A stretch of DNA of 62,635 nt, the filler included. It is 6 parts of 6 records of this genome, joined end to end, with 100 filler letters (N's around TTAATTAATTAA, not from the genome) between each part and the next. Parts side by side here need not be neighbours in the genome. Positions count along the whole stretch, not along the records: positions 28,095 to 36,150 come from SRR20825019_645; positions 36,251 to 46,756 come from SRR20825019_646; 4 more parts are not named here. One strand, written 5' to 3'. Shown one piece after another: positions 30,946 to 41,366 of this stretch. The notes below the pieces were generated by a model. That model was not told the origin of the DNA. It saw only the letters and a list, made by a program, of their open reading frames with translations, and ran no database searches. The first letter of the stretch is position 1. Each line of letters opens with the position of its first letter. Position numbers and translations under genes: made by a program.

Positions 30946-33537
30946 ATGGAGGTAAGCCCGCCCCGCCCCGCCCCGCCCCGCCCCTCACGCGCTCCCGCAG
31001 GGTGACACAAGCAGCCTGTACCTGGACGACGCCGGGGACTCGGACTCGCCCCCCAACCCGTTCACGCAGGACTCCTCCAAGGCCCACCTGCCCGAGTACC
31101 CCGAGGCGGGGCTGCTGGCGGGGGCCGACCAGGACGACTCGGACATCCTCAAGGCGGACGGCAGCCAGCTCGTGCTGGACTTTTCCATCGACACCCTCTC
31201 GCACCTGAACCCCACCGACTTTGGCACCACCAGCGGGTCGCAGAAGCTCTCGACGTCGTCGTCGTCCCCGGCCGCCCGGGGGACCGCCGCCGCCTTGGCC
31301 GCCCCGCTGCCCCCCGCCCGCACGGTCAGCGACGGGAACACCAACACCCGGGACGTGATTACGGACGTCACCGCGACCTCGACGAGCCAGAACGACTCGG
31401 CCGAGTCGGAGCCGTGCATGGCGGAGATCCACGCCGAGTACATCCGCGAGAGCCGGCGCGAGGCCCCGGACCGGCCGTCCCTGCCGGTGTATTCGATGAG
31501 CTACACCCCGATACGCCCCCCCGGCGGCGCCACGCGCACCCCCTCCCCCACCGCCGCGCGCCGCTACGACAACGCCGGCTTTGGGGCGGGGGGCGTCGCC
31601 GGGACGCCCCTGAGGGCGGCCGCGCCCTCGCCGTTCCGCACGTACGTGACCCTTGTTGCCTTTTGCCCGCCCCGCTGACGCCCCGCTTTTGCCCCTTTTA
31701 TACGCACAGGCCCGGAATGAGCCCCGGAATGGCCTCGCTCATATCGCCCATCGTGGGCGAGCCCAACCACAGCTACCAGTCGTTCCACTCGCCCGGGTTC
31801 GACGCCACGCCGGTCGTCAAGAAATCGTTCTACCTGTCGCCGGCCGGATCGCCCAAGGAGCGGGAGCGGGAGGCGCCGGCGGACGCGGCCGGCCTCGCGA
31901 GGGAGGCGGGGGGCGCGCTTTCGTCCGAAGAGTCGGGCAACAGCGGCGACTCGTCGCGGACGCGCAAGATGCTGGCGCGTCGCTCGCTCGTGTCGCAGCT
32001 GGACTTTCTGCAGCACTCCGGCGAGACATCCGTGGCCGATTTTACGCTCAAGGCCTCGCCCAACGGGACGGCGGGCGCCCCCGGCGCGGCGGGCCACACG
32101 TTCGACGCCGGCGTCAGCCCCATCGCGGCGGCGGGCTCCCCGGACGGCGGCCTCCAGGCCAGCTACGTCGTTCCCGACCCGCGCCCGTCCCCGCACAGCG
32201 CCGGCGGGAACGGGATCTCCGCGGGGGGCCGCAGCCTGCCCCGGTCCCACCTGGGCGGGTCGCCGGTGTCCTCGCTCCGCGTGACGGCGTCCGGCCTGGC
32301 CCGGGGCAGCCCGTCGCCGGCGCGCAAGGCCCCGGCGCCCGGGTCCGGCCCGAGGGACGGATCGCGGTCGCCGAGCCTGGCGGCCACGGTGGGCACCCCG
32401 GACGGGTCGCCCCGCGACTACGCCCACAGCGTGCCCCGCGCCGCGGCGGGCGCGCCCCCGGCCTCGGGCAGCAGGAGCGACGCCGCCACCCAGAAGACGC
32501 CGCCGCAGGCCCGGGGGCAGGCCTCGAACCCGGGGGCATCGGCGGAAGCGGCCCCCTACGGCACGCCGGCATTTTCCGTGTCGCCCGGCAGCGGCCGCGC
32601 CCGGATGGCGCGGAGCCTTTGGTACCGGAGCGCGTTCATGCAGCAGCCCCAGGCGTCGTACGGGCCCGTCCAGCAGCAGGCCTCGGCGCCGGAGCTCGGG
32701 GGGCGGCCGTGGTGGGCGCCGCCGCCGGTGTCGCCGGTGATGGCGGCGCCGGCCCCCGCGCCCTGGGCGGCGCCGGAGATGATGGCGAGCCCCTGGTGGG
32801 TCCCGCCGGCCGCGCCCCTGGCCGCCTCGCCGGTACAGGCCCGCCTCCTCTACAACGCGTCGCCGCCCTCGGTGCCGGACCAGGCGCCGGTGTGGGCGCC
32901 GGCCACGCCCCTCCAGGACTTTTTCATGAGGCAAAAGATCCAGGAGCAGCAGCTGACGCTGGCCGCGGCGATGATGGGCAGGTACTTCGGGATGGCGCCG
33001 TGGTGGACCCCCGGCGCGATGGGGGCCGGGTTCCAGTCGGTGATGCCGGAGGCGTGGGTCCAGGCCCCGTGGCCCGCCCCGCCCGCCCCGCCGCCCGCCG
33101 CGGTTGCCCCGGCCCCCGCGCAGGCCACCCCGTACCCGGCGGACTACCGCGCGCTGTACTCCAACGTGAAGCGCTGGCGCCAGAGCGTGCAGGACGCGCG
33201 GCCCCCCTCCCCCGCGGACGACTGGTACAACACGCGGTTCGGGGGCTGGAGCGGCGTCAGCGCCAAGCGCGCGATGGACAGGCTGGGGCCCCCCGCGGGG
33301 ATCGGCAGCCCGCCGTCGCCGCGGGGCCAGGGCTACGGCTGGTCGCGGCACGTGCAGCGCATGTCGTCGCCCAAGGTGGGCCGGATGTCGAGGGTGGATA
33401 GCCGCGCCACGGCGGGCATGCCCCTCGTCAACCCGGGAGGGGAGGCCCTCGGCACCTCGGTCCGCTCCGAGAGCTACATCGCGGCGCGCTTCGACCAGCT
33501 GATGGCGCGCCGGCTCCTGGTGGTGGCCGCATCGTGA
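30946..33537 (+). CDS. Spliced eukaryotic gene, Ser/Pro/Ala-rich protein of 824 aa: join(30946..30951,31001..31641,31710..33537)
   Basis: Introns 30952-31000 (GTAAGC...CTCAC...GCAG) and 31642-31709 (GTACGT...GCTGAC...ACAG) join ORFs 31172 and 31414 in phase. Confidence 0.7.
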
Positions 33538-33680
33538 GGCCCGCGCCGAGCACCCCCGCCGCGTTCCGTCGCCCGGGGGCGGCATCGCATGGCGCCCGCC
33601 CCCGCCCCCGCCCCCCGGCCCCGCCGGGCCCATTCCTATTAAAGGGAGCAACCGTACCGTGGCTTATCTATGATACTATT

Positions 33681-36082
33681 TTACTGCTGCGGCTGCGCAA
33701 ACTCCGAGCGGAACATCCCCTCGACGATCCCGTCAAAGATGGTCCCCAGCTCGCCCGAGTGCAGCCCGAGCACATCGTCCAGGATGTCGTCCGCGAACCG
33801 CTCCACGATCTCCCACTGCTGCAGCCCAAAGCCCTGGACCGCGGACACGACGCTGTAGTCCCGCTGGTACCGCATGAACTTGTCGCGGGCGGACATGATG
33901 TCGTCCACGGCGAGGGCCGTCACGTGCCCCGAGAACTCCCGCCGCTCGATCAGGTGCTCCATCTCCCCGGCGTTCAGCCCCGCGGGCGTGGGCGCGGCCG
34001 CGGGCCGGGCGCCGGCCGCGGACGATGGCGCCGCGACGGGGGAGGCCGGCGCGGCCGCGGGCGGCGGCGGCCCGGCCTCCCGTCCGGCCTCCTGGGAGCC
34101 CGCGGGGCGGACGGCGGGGACGCCCCGCGCCGGCGCGCCGGCGGCGGGCGCGGCGTACGCGCGGGCGTGCGGCGCCGGTGCGCGCGGGGCGGGGGCCTCC
34201 CCCACCCGGGATGCGGCCAGGCGCGTGCGCGCGGTCCCCGTCCCGTCCTCCTGGAGCAGCCTCGGGCGGCCGCCAAAGTCGAGGCCCCACTTGGATGCGA
34301 GATCCCTTTCCTCCCGGTCGATGTCGGACACGAAGCGATCCACCGTCACGGCGCGATCGCCGGCGAGCGTCGCCTCCTCGTCCCGCCGATCCCGCTCCTC
34401 CATCGCCTGCAGCGTCACGACGGTGTCCTGCAGCAGGTCGTCCAGGACCATCTCCGTGAGGGCCTCGCTGCGCTCCACGATCTTGTTGGCGCTCTGGGCG
34501 GAGATGCGGCTCAGTAGCGGGATGTTCTGCACGTACTGGTGGCCCTTCAGCCGCCTGAGCGCGGCCTCGGCCTTCTCCAGCATGGGGAGCAGCTCGGCCT
34601 CGATCCGCTTGACGCCGCTCTCCGCCTCGTTGATGTAGTGGTTGGGCCGCCTCACCTCATCCTCCAGCATCATCCTCGCCAGCTCGTGCTCGGCGTCGAG
34701 CTTCTTGCGGTGCCGGTCCCGCTCCTCCTCCAGCCGGTCCGATTCCTTCTTGGCCTCGTGGTCGAGCCAGGCCTGCCGCTTCCGCTCGGCATCGTAATAC
34801 TCGCGCGTTTTCTTGTCGAGGTCCTCCTTCCATTGCTGCGCCCCGCCACCCGCGTCAGTCGGCCCCTCGCCACCCCTGCCGGACACTCACCTCCAGGTAC
34901 TCCATCACCTTGTCCCGCACCGTGTGCGTAAAATCGCCCAGCCCGGCCACGTCCGCGCGGTTGCTATCGAGGCCCTCGCAGCGGTTCTTGCCATCCCATG
35001 CCGAGAGCTGATGCTTGAGCCAGTGCTTGGTGGTCTCGGGCAGGTTCGAGTGCACGTTGGAGGGGCCTGCAGGTGAGAGCGCGTCAGTCCGGGCCCGCCC
35101 CTTCCGGTCGAGGGAGCACTCACTCCAGCGCCCATCGTGCCCCCGGCTCGACGACGCCGCGGGATCGCGGGAGGGGATCTCGTCAATCTCGGAGGGATTC
35201 GCGGGGTGCTGGCGGCGGCTGCGGCCCAGGCCCTGCCGGATGCCCCGCTCGCTGTACTCCCCCTGGGCCGCCCCGCGCGCCAGCGCCGTGATCATCTCCG
35301 CCACCTGGTCGGTGAGGTCCTCGTTGCCCTGCGGATAAGAAAAAAGCGCCGCACGGTCAGACCCGCGCCAACAGACCCGCGCGCGGTGGGACCCACCCCC
35401 TGGCTGCTCATCTTGCGGAAATACTCCAGGAGCAGGTCCATGGCCTCCTTGTGCTTCTCCTCGGACTCCATGAGCGTCTTCAGCTGGTACTGGAACTGCG
35501 GGCCCGCCATCTTCTGCGCTACCGTCTGTTCCACCTTGAGCTTCTCCTTCTGCCGCAGCTGCACCGGGCGTCAGAACGGCCGCCACGGGGCGGCGTGCGA
35601 GTGGGACCCACCTGCTCCGCGAGAAAGTCCTGGTGCGACCGGTCGTTCCGCGCCCGTGCCCTTGGTGCGGCCTGTGACGGGCCCGCCACGACCTTGGGGG
35701 CCGCGGCCGGCTTGCCCCCGGTCTTGAAGGGCCGGACCGGCGGGGCGACCCGCTCGGGTTTCGCCGGGCCGCGGCCGGCAAAGTCCACCTTCTTCCCCTG
35801 CTGGGCGGTCTGCTTGGCCAGGAGCTTCGTCACGTCCTCCAGCTGCTTGGCCTGCTTGTGCTGGACGGAAAGAATCTTGTCAAACTCGGTCTTGAGCACC
35901 ACCTCCAGCTCCTTCTTCCTCCCGCCACCTCCGTCCTCCCGCAGCTCCGCCGAAAGCTCCTCCGGGCTCGGCGCGCCGTAGGGCTTGCGGGCGGGCGACG
36001 GCCCGGCGGCGCCCTTCTTGATGTCGTGCCTCGCCATCGCCTTGGCCACCTCCAGTTGCCTGGCCATGGTCCCGTGGCCGAC
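33681..36082 (-). CDS. Spliced eukaryotic gene, probable Moonraker/KIAA0753-like centriolar protein, 5' truncated: exons 36082-35612, 35558-35397, 35328-35124, 35066-34891, 34835-33681
   Basis: Four GT-AG introns (53, 68, 57, 55 nt), each with a CTGAC branch site, preserve the frame. Coiled coils; C-terminal W.IVE.F.DD.LDD.L....GEL....D...E..F.SEF motif. Confidence 0.7.
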
Positions 36083-36122
36083 CTGGGACAGCGAGTCAGC
36101 CGCGTTCCCGGGGCCAACACGG

Positions 36123-36150
36123 CAACAACAACAACAACAACAACAACAAC
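36123..36150 (+). repeat. (CAA)n microsatellite at the contig end, inside an intron of the minus-strand gene
   Basis: About 9 perfect CAA units running into the gap. Confidence 0.9.
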
Positions 36151-36250
36151 NNNNNNNNNNNNNNNNNNNNNNNNNNNNNNNNNNNNNNNNNNNNTTAATT
36201 AATTAANNNNNNNNNNNNNNNNNNNNNNNNNNNNNNNNNNNNNNNNNNNN
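36151..36250. other. Artificial contig spacer
   Basis: N-run/TTAATTAATTAA/N-run. Confidence 0.98.
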
Positions 36251-36251
36251 T

Positions 36252-37076
36252 CGTGATGGCGTGGACCCAAGTTTCACTAGTGCCATTCCTAAACACTCCA
36301 TCTTGGCAGGTGGCTTTCCGTGCCAAGCATTCTCCCAAGCAGGACGTCAAATGGGATTCAATGATGCGAGAGGAACACTCTTCTTTGAAATCCTGAAAAT
36401 CGCGCGTCGACTACAACCTGAGGTTCTCTTCTTGGAAAACGTGAAACGTCTTAAAAGTCATGACGGCGGAAAGACCTTCAAGGTCATTGTCAATTCTCTC
36501 CATGAAATTGGCTACAAGGTTTATGCAAAGGTCCTCCGAGCTTATGATTATGGAGTGCCTCAGAATAGAGAGCGGATATTTATCGTAGCCTTCAAGCGGC
36601 CTATCCATTTCGAATTCCCTGCCCCGCCCGAAACCCGCCTCCATGAGAATTTGGGATCAATTTTGGAGCAAAGCCCGGACGAATCATATACGATTTCCGA
36701 CAAGTTGTATGCTGGACACTTAAGGCGTCAAAAAGAACACCGTGAAAAAGGCAACGGCTTTGGTTTCAGCATGGTTACTCCCGAAGCCTCATATACAAAT
36801 ACACTTTCTGCCCGTTATTGGAAAGATGGCAGTGAAATATTGCTGGTGCAGAAAAAGAAAAACCCCCGCATGTTGACCCTTAGAGAGTGCGCAAGACTAC
36901 AAGGATACCCAGATAAATTCATACCACATGACTCACACACCCAAGCATACAAACAGTTCGGAAACTCTGTAGCCGTGCCAGTCGTCTCAGCCATCGCAAA
37001 ATCAATCGTTAGCTGTTTGAACAAAGCCAAACCAATTACCAACCTGGCAGATCCATTTGAACCCGTAATCTTCTAA
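36252..37076 (+). CDS. DNA (cytosine-5)-methyltransferase, SsoII/Dcm-like (5' truncated)
   Basis: GGFPCQAFS (IV), LENV (VI), PQNRERIFIV (VIII), TRD NTLSARYWKDGSEIL, R.LT.RECARLQGYP (IX), YKQFGNSV (X). Confidence 0.95.
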   Translation, partial: RDGVDPSFTSAIPKHSILAGGFPCQAFSQAGRQMGFNDARGTLFFEILKIARRLQPEVLFLENVKRLKSHDGGKTFKVIVNSLHEIGYKVYAKVLRAYDYGVPQNRERIFIVAFKRPIHFEFPAPPETRLHENLGSILEQSPDESYTISDKLYAGHLRRQKEHREKGNGFGFSMVTPEASYTNTLSARYWKDGSEILLVQKKKNPRMLTLRECARLQGYPDKFIPHDSHTQAYKQFGNSVAVPVVSAIAKSIVSCLNKAKPITNLADPFEPVIF

Positions 37077-37081
37077 CCCCA

Positions 37082-38869
37082 ATGCCACTCCCCAACCTAA
37101 AAGATCTATTCGAGCAAACTGCACAAAATATAAGAATAGTGAAATCAGGAGATTTCACTCTTACTAGCAGACTAAAAAGTGACTTAGCAGGGGCGATTAC
37201 TGGCATTGAATTCAAAAAGACGTCAGCCCGCCGAACAGGATCACCGACCGTATCCATCCCAATAGACTGGTTTTTTATAGGCGCCCACCTTATCCCGCTG
37301 TATAAAGCACTAATAGAATATAAGTCCGTTATAACCAGATCCAGAAATCCGTCATTAAATGAAGCCATGCACGACGCGCGGGGCTTAACGCCTACGCCCA
37401 CTTTATCATCAAGCATTAATAACCTAGAAGGTTTAAACGAAGATGAACGAAGATATTTAGCCTCCTTCCTGACAGATTACGACTGGTGGGGCGGTTCCAA
37501 AACGATTGATCGAGGAGATTTCCATGTTTCACCGCTTTTGAAGGCAGCAGATATGCTCGCGGCTTCATCCAACTATTTAGCAGAAACCATAGTCCCGTCT
37601 ATAGCATCAAACCCCTCATTGGTCGACCTGTTATTGCAATCCTTTGAAGAACCAATTGAAGGCGATGTTTTTTCGGCTCAACTACTAAACTCTTTCGTTA
37701 GCTCTTTGAGAACTACGGGTTTCATTTGTTCACACGAATCTACACAATCTGAACTTGCAAAATCATATGTAAAATCAATCGCGACAAAACCTTTGACTAT
37801 CCTAACTGGAAATTCGGGCACAGGAAAATCTAAGATAGCCGAAATCTTTGCGCATTGGTTGGCTGACGCTAATGGCTTTAATAGTTTACTATGCCCAGTC
37901 GGCGCAGACTGGACGGACAACCGCAACGTGCTGGGCTTCGTTAATCATCTGCGCGCTCCTGAGGGTCAGCCTCTATACGAGAGCACCCCCATACTCGAAT
38001 TGATTTTGCGGGCGCGGAACGACGATACTCTGCCCTATTTTTTGATCCTCGACGAGATGAACCTGTCGCATGTGGAGCGGTATTTCGCTGACTTCCTGAG
38101 TGCCATGGAATCGGGACAACCCATCCCTCTTCACACTTCCGAGACGCCCTTGAAATCACCGTGTGGCACCGATGTTCCCGACACGCTTACCCTGCCCGAC
38201 AACCTTTTCATTACCGGCACCGTTAATGTGGACGAAACCACCTACATGTTCAGTCCCAAGGTGCTCGACCGCGCCAATGTAATCGAATTCCGTGTGACCA
38301 AGGATGACGCAACGGCATTTCTCGCACGTGGCGCCGGTGGATTGGACGATATCAGTGCAGCACCCGATGGTGCCGCCCAGGCTTTCCTCACACTTTCCCG
38401 TAAAGCGCGCCTGAAACCTCAGCCCGATCTGGCATTTTTCAGCGGGACCGCTTTAGCGGCGACACGCAAGACGATCGCCGACACCCTCACAGAACTGTTC
38501 GAGATCATGCACCGCCATCGCATGGAATTTGGCTACCGCACCATGCACGAAGTGTTACGCTACACCGGTGTGGACTTCGAGCTTTCAGCTAGTCGCGAAG
38601 AATGGTCATGGGAAGCCTGCCTGGATGTGCAGATCCTCCAGAAAATCCTGCCCAAGCTTAACGGCTCCAAAAAACGCATCGAGCCGCTTCTGGTTGATCT
38701 CGCCCTATTCTGCGATACTGGAACGGCCCCGGCGGATAAGGATGTTTATGCCCGCAAGCCAAGGACGGCGACAGGTGATGTCGATCCGGTCAAATTTCGC
38801 AGCAGTTATGAGAAACTGGCCGACATGATCGAGATCGTGCGCCGCGACCAGTTCGTCAGTTTCATCTGA
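37082..38869 (+). CDS. McrB-like AAA+ GTPase with an unrecognised ~200-aa N-terminal domain
   Basis: Walker A GNSGTGKS, V.ADWTD, Walker B LILDEMNLSHVERYFADFLS, GTVNVDETT, FSPKVLDRA, QKILPKL.G. Confidence 0.92.
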   Translation: MPLPNLKDLFEQTAQNIRIVKSGDFTLTSRLKSDLAGAITGIEFKKTSARRTGSPTVSIPIDWFFIGAHLIPLYKALIEYKSVITRSRNPSLNEAMHDARGLTPTPTLSSSINNLEGLNEDERRYLASFLTDYDWWGGSKTIDRGDFHVSPLLKAADMLAASSNYLAETIVPSIASNPSLVDLLLQSFEEPIEGDVFSAQLLNSFVSSLRTTGFICSHESTQSELAKSYVKSIATKPLTILTGNSGTGKSKIAEIFAHWLADANGFNSLLCPVGADWTDNRNVLGFVNHLRAPEGQPLYESTPILELILRARNDDTLPYFLILDEMNLSHVERYFADFLSAMESGQPIPLHTSETPLKSPCGTDVPDTLTLPDNLFITGTVNVDETTYMFSPKVLDRANVIEFRVTKDDATAFLARGAGGLDDISAAPDGAAQAFLTLSRKARLKPQPDLAFFSGTALAATRKTIADTLTELFEIMHRHRMEFGYRTMHEVLRYTGVDFELSASREEWSWEACLDVQILQKILPKLNGSKKRIEPLLVDLALFCDTGTAPADKDVYARKPRTATGDVDPVKFRSSYEKLADMIEIVRRDQFVSFI

Positions 38870-38873
38870 TCGC

Positions 38874-41366
38874 ATGGCCGAAAAGGCATACGGCTTACTG
38901 AAGATTCCATTGCCTCAAGGTGATGGTATCGCAGGCACATTTATCCTGCGAGCCCCCGGTGAAAGACGCAGCCCAAGCTTACTGGCCCCCTGCGTCAAGT
39001 TACCCGAAGGATGGGAAGGGTTGGAGGCCGGGACTGATTGCAAGGCTCCCATGGTTTACGATAGCGAAGGGCCTGACCGCGGTGTGCAGGCCCTCTGGCT
39101 CGAGGAACTCAAAAGCTACGCCTGGAGCTTCACCGGTCAATCAATGCCGGTATGCAGCTTGGAAGCATCGACCCAAAGCTCCGGTTGGCAGCCGGTGGAG
39201 GAGATTGATCAGGTCGGCATGCCGCATTGGCGAGGCTCCCTGAAATTCATCAACTACCTGGGCACGGCCTGGATTGGCTGCGGCGATGCCAGAATCCGCT
39301 TCGAGGTCATCACGCGCAAGCTAAGCTACGAACAGGAATACAAGGCGATGGTCGAATCCATCGCCGGCGAATGCCAACAACTTCTGCTCGCCTGGGACTC
39401 CCCCACCAACATTTCCATCAGAGCCGATGGTAGTCGTGAAAAGCAAACTTTGCTCGAGCAGTTTTTATTTCTCCGACATGTATTGGGGCCGGACCGGCTC
39501 GAATTATTTTTGGAGATGCTCCAGCGCCGCCCGCACAGCCGGCTCACGAGCGAACAGCACTGGGCTCCGGCAGCTACGGCCGATCCACGACTATTTATCC
39601 GCGACCCGTTGCGCCACGGGCGCGACTGGCAGCACTCGGCCACCGGAATTATCAATGGCTTCTCGCCAAACGAAGTGCTCACCGGGCGTAAGTTCGATAC
39701 GACGGATACTCCGCCCAACCGCTTCGTCAAATTTGCCCTTCGTCGCTTCGCGGGTCTTTGCGCCGAAGTGCGCACGCAACAATCACTGGAACAGGGCTCG
39801 GCTTGGTTGGAAGCCGGCCAGATGGAAACCGCATTGGAAAACCTGTTAGCCGAATCCTTTTTCGACGAGGTCGGCGAACTGTGCCGTCTTCCGCTCGAAA
39901 ACCAGACCCTGCAAAAGCGCGAAGGCTACCGCGACGTGCTCGAAGCCTGGCTGATGCTCGATGCTGCTGCCCAGCTTGACTGGCCGGGTCGCAATGAAGC
40001 CTACGACGGCACCAACCGCGATGTGGCCATGCTCTACGAATTCTGGCTCTACTTTACCTTGGTTAGGTTGTTACGCGACCGTTTGGGAATGATTCCTGAA
40101 AACGATCCACTCACCACGGACGACAGTGGCTGGTTGCCTTTCTGCTGCGAAAGCAAAGAAGGAGGCCTGACCATCAATCTCAAACAGGGCCAAACGTCGT
40201 TCAGCCGCTTCAAGTGGACGGGTGCCGACGGGTCCGTGCTGCGCGTGCATTTGTTCTATAACCGCCGATTCGGTGGCCGCACCGATCTTCACAAAAGTGG
40301 TGCCTACAGCCGCGGTTTTCGTCCCGACTTCACCCTCGTTATCCTTCCCGGCGATCACGACGAGAAGGATTGGGGAAAGGCCGAGCGTGAAGCTGAAGCC
40401 GAGGGACGCATCGCCTACGTTCACCTCGATGCCAAATACCGCATTGAGCAGATCACCGAATTGCTGGGAGCAGAGGAGCCGGAAGGAGATGACGGTGAAG
40501 AGTCAATAGCCGAGGCGGAGGAGCGCCGCACCGCCAAGGCAACCGGCATTTTCAAAAATGCCGATCTCTACAAAATGCACACCTACAACGAAGCCATTCG
40601 CCGCACGGCGGGCTCGTATGTGCTCTTTCCGGGAAACACGCCGATGAACTCAATGGAGAAAGGCGGCAACCGCTTCGAACGTTACCAGGAAGTTGTGCCC
40701 GGAGTCGGAGCCTTTGCCTTGAAGCCAGCCATCGACCCCGCTCTTGATCCGGAAGGTATCGAACCGCTGGCCGATTTTATTACCGATCTGTTGCGCCATC
40801 ATTCCAGCCGCTTCACCCAGAGCTATCGCATCAACTACTTCACACACGAAACGTTGCAGGAGGAGCCCGCACCTTACACGGCAAAGTCCGCCGTTCCGGA
40901 TGCCGACAAACCGCCAAAGGACATTCAAGTGCTGCTGGGTTGGGTGCGCGACGAGCAGGCCTCCGAAGATTGCCGGAACACTCAAACTTTTTTCTGTCAT
41001 GCCGTAGAATGGGATAAGACAACCGGAAGAGAAGCAGACGGTTCAGGGAATGCCGGTGCACCATCATATCCGAAATTCGATCCCTTCCGCTCTGATCAAT
41101 TTGTAGCCTATCAAGCAGGACAAACTTTTCCTTGGATGGCAGAGGTTGAAGATGTGCGTCTCGTCACTGCCGCAACCAGAGCAAATGAGTTAAAACGCCC
41201 CCTGACGGAAATGCATGCTGCTTACTATTACCGGATAAAACTTCGGAATATCACGAGTGGTGAAATTAGAGACATTTCGAACCTGGTGTCACCGCGCCCC
41301 AGTGTGCCAGTGCAGGCCACACTTCAACAACTGGCGGCCTGCAAGGTTGTTCCAACATCAAACTGA
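38874..41366 (+). CDS. McrC-like nuclease: DUF2357 + PD-(D/E)xK + extra C-terminal domain
   Basis: DTPPNRFVK, LQKREGYR, LYEFWLY, RPDFTL...LDAKYR, DLYKMHTY..AI. Confidence 0.9.
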   Translation: MAEKAYGLLKIPLPQGDGIAGTFILRAPGERRSPSLLAPCVKLPEGWEGLEAGTDCKAPMVYDSEGPDRGVQALWLEELKSYAWSFTGQSMPVCSLEASTQSSGWQPVEEIDQVGMPHWRGSLKFINYLGTAWIGCGDARIRFEVITRKLSYEQEYKAMVESIAGECQQLLLAWDSPTNISIRADGSREKQTLLEQFLFLRHVLGPDRLELFLEMLQRRPHSRLTSEQHWAPAATADPRLFIRDPLRHGRDWQHSATGIINGFSPNEVLTGRKFDTTDTPPNRFVKFALRRFAGLCAEVRTQQSLEQGSAWLEAGQMETALENLLAESFFDEVGELCRLPLENQTLQKREGYRDVLEAWLMLDAAAQLDWPGRNEAYDGTNRDVAMLYEFWLYFTLVRLLRDRLGMIPENDPLTTDDSGWLPFCCESKEGGLTINLKQGQTSFSRFKWTGADGSVLRVHLFYNRRFGGRTDLHKSGAYSRGFRPDFTLVILPGDHDEKDWGKAEREAEAEGRIAYVHLDAKYRIEQITELLGAEEPEGDDGEESIAEAEERRTAKATGIFKNADLYKMHTYNEAIRRTAGSYVLFPGNTPMNSMEKGGNRFERYQEVVPGVGAFALKPAIDPALDPEGIEPLADFITDLLRHHSSRFTQSYRINYFTHETLQEEPAPYTAKSAVPDADKPPKDIQVLLGWVRDEQASEDCRNTQTFFCHAVEWDKTTGREADGSGNAGAPSYPKFDPFRSDQFVAYQAGQTFPWMAEVEDVRLVTAATRANELKRPLTEMHAAYYYRIKLRNITSGEIRDISNLVSPRPSVPVQATLQQLAACKVVPTSN

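Noticed and set aside
31564-33651. 695-aa and 582-aa Arg/Gly/Pro-rich ORFs
   Set aside because: Alternative-frame GC artefacts; the spliced plus-strand model has canonical introns and more natural composition.
35985-36150. Poly-Gln or poly-Thr protein from (CAA)n
   Set aside because: The repeat lies upstream of a branch site and AG acceptor (36083-36084) of the minus-strand gene, so it is an intronic microsatellite at a contig break.
37082-41366. Coiled-coil nuclease tandem (CoCoNuT)-type McrBC system
   Set aside because: No long coiled coil, helicase or HEPN gene is seen; the context is an MTase and Vsr instead.
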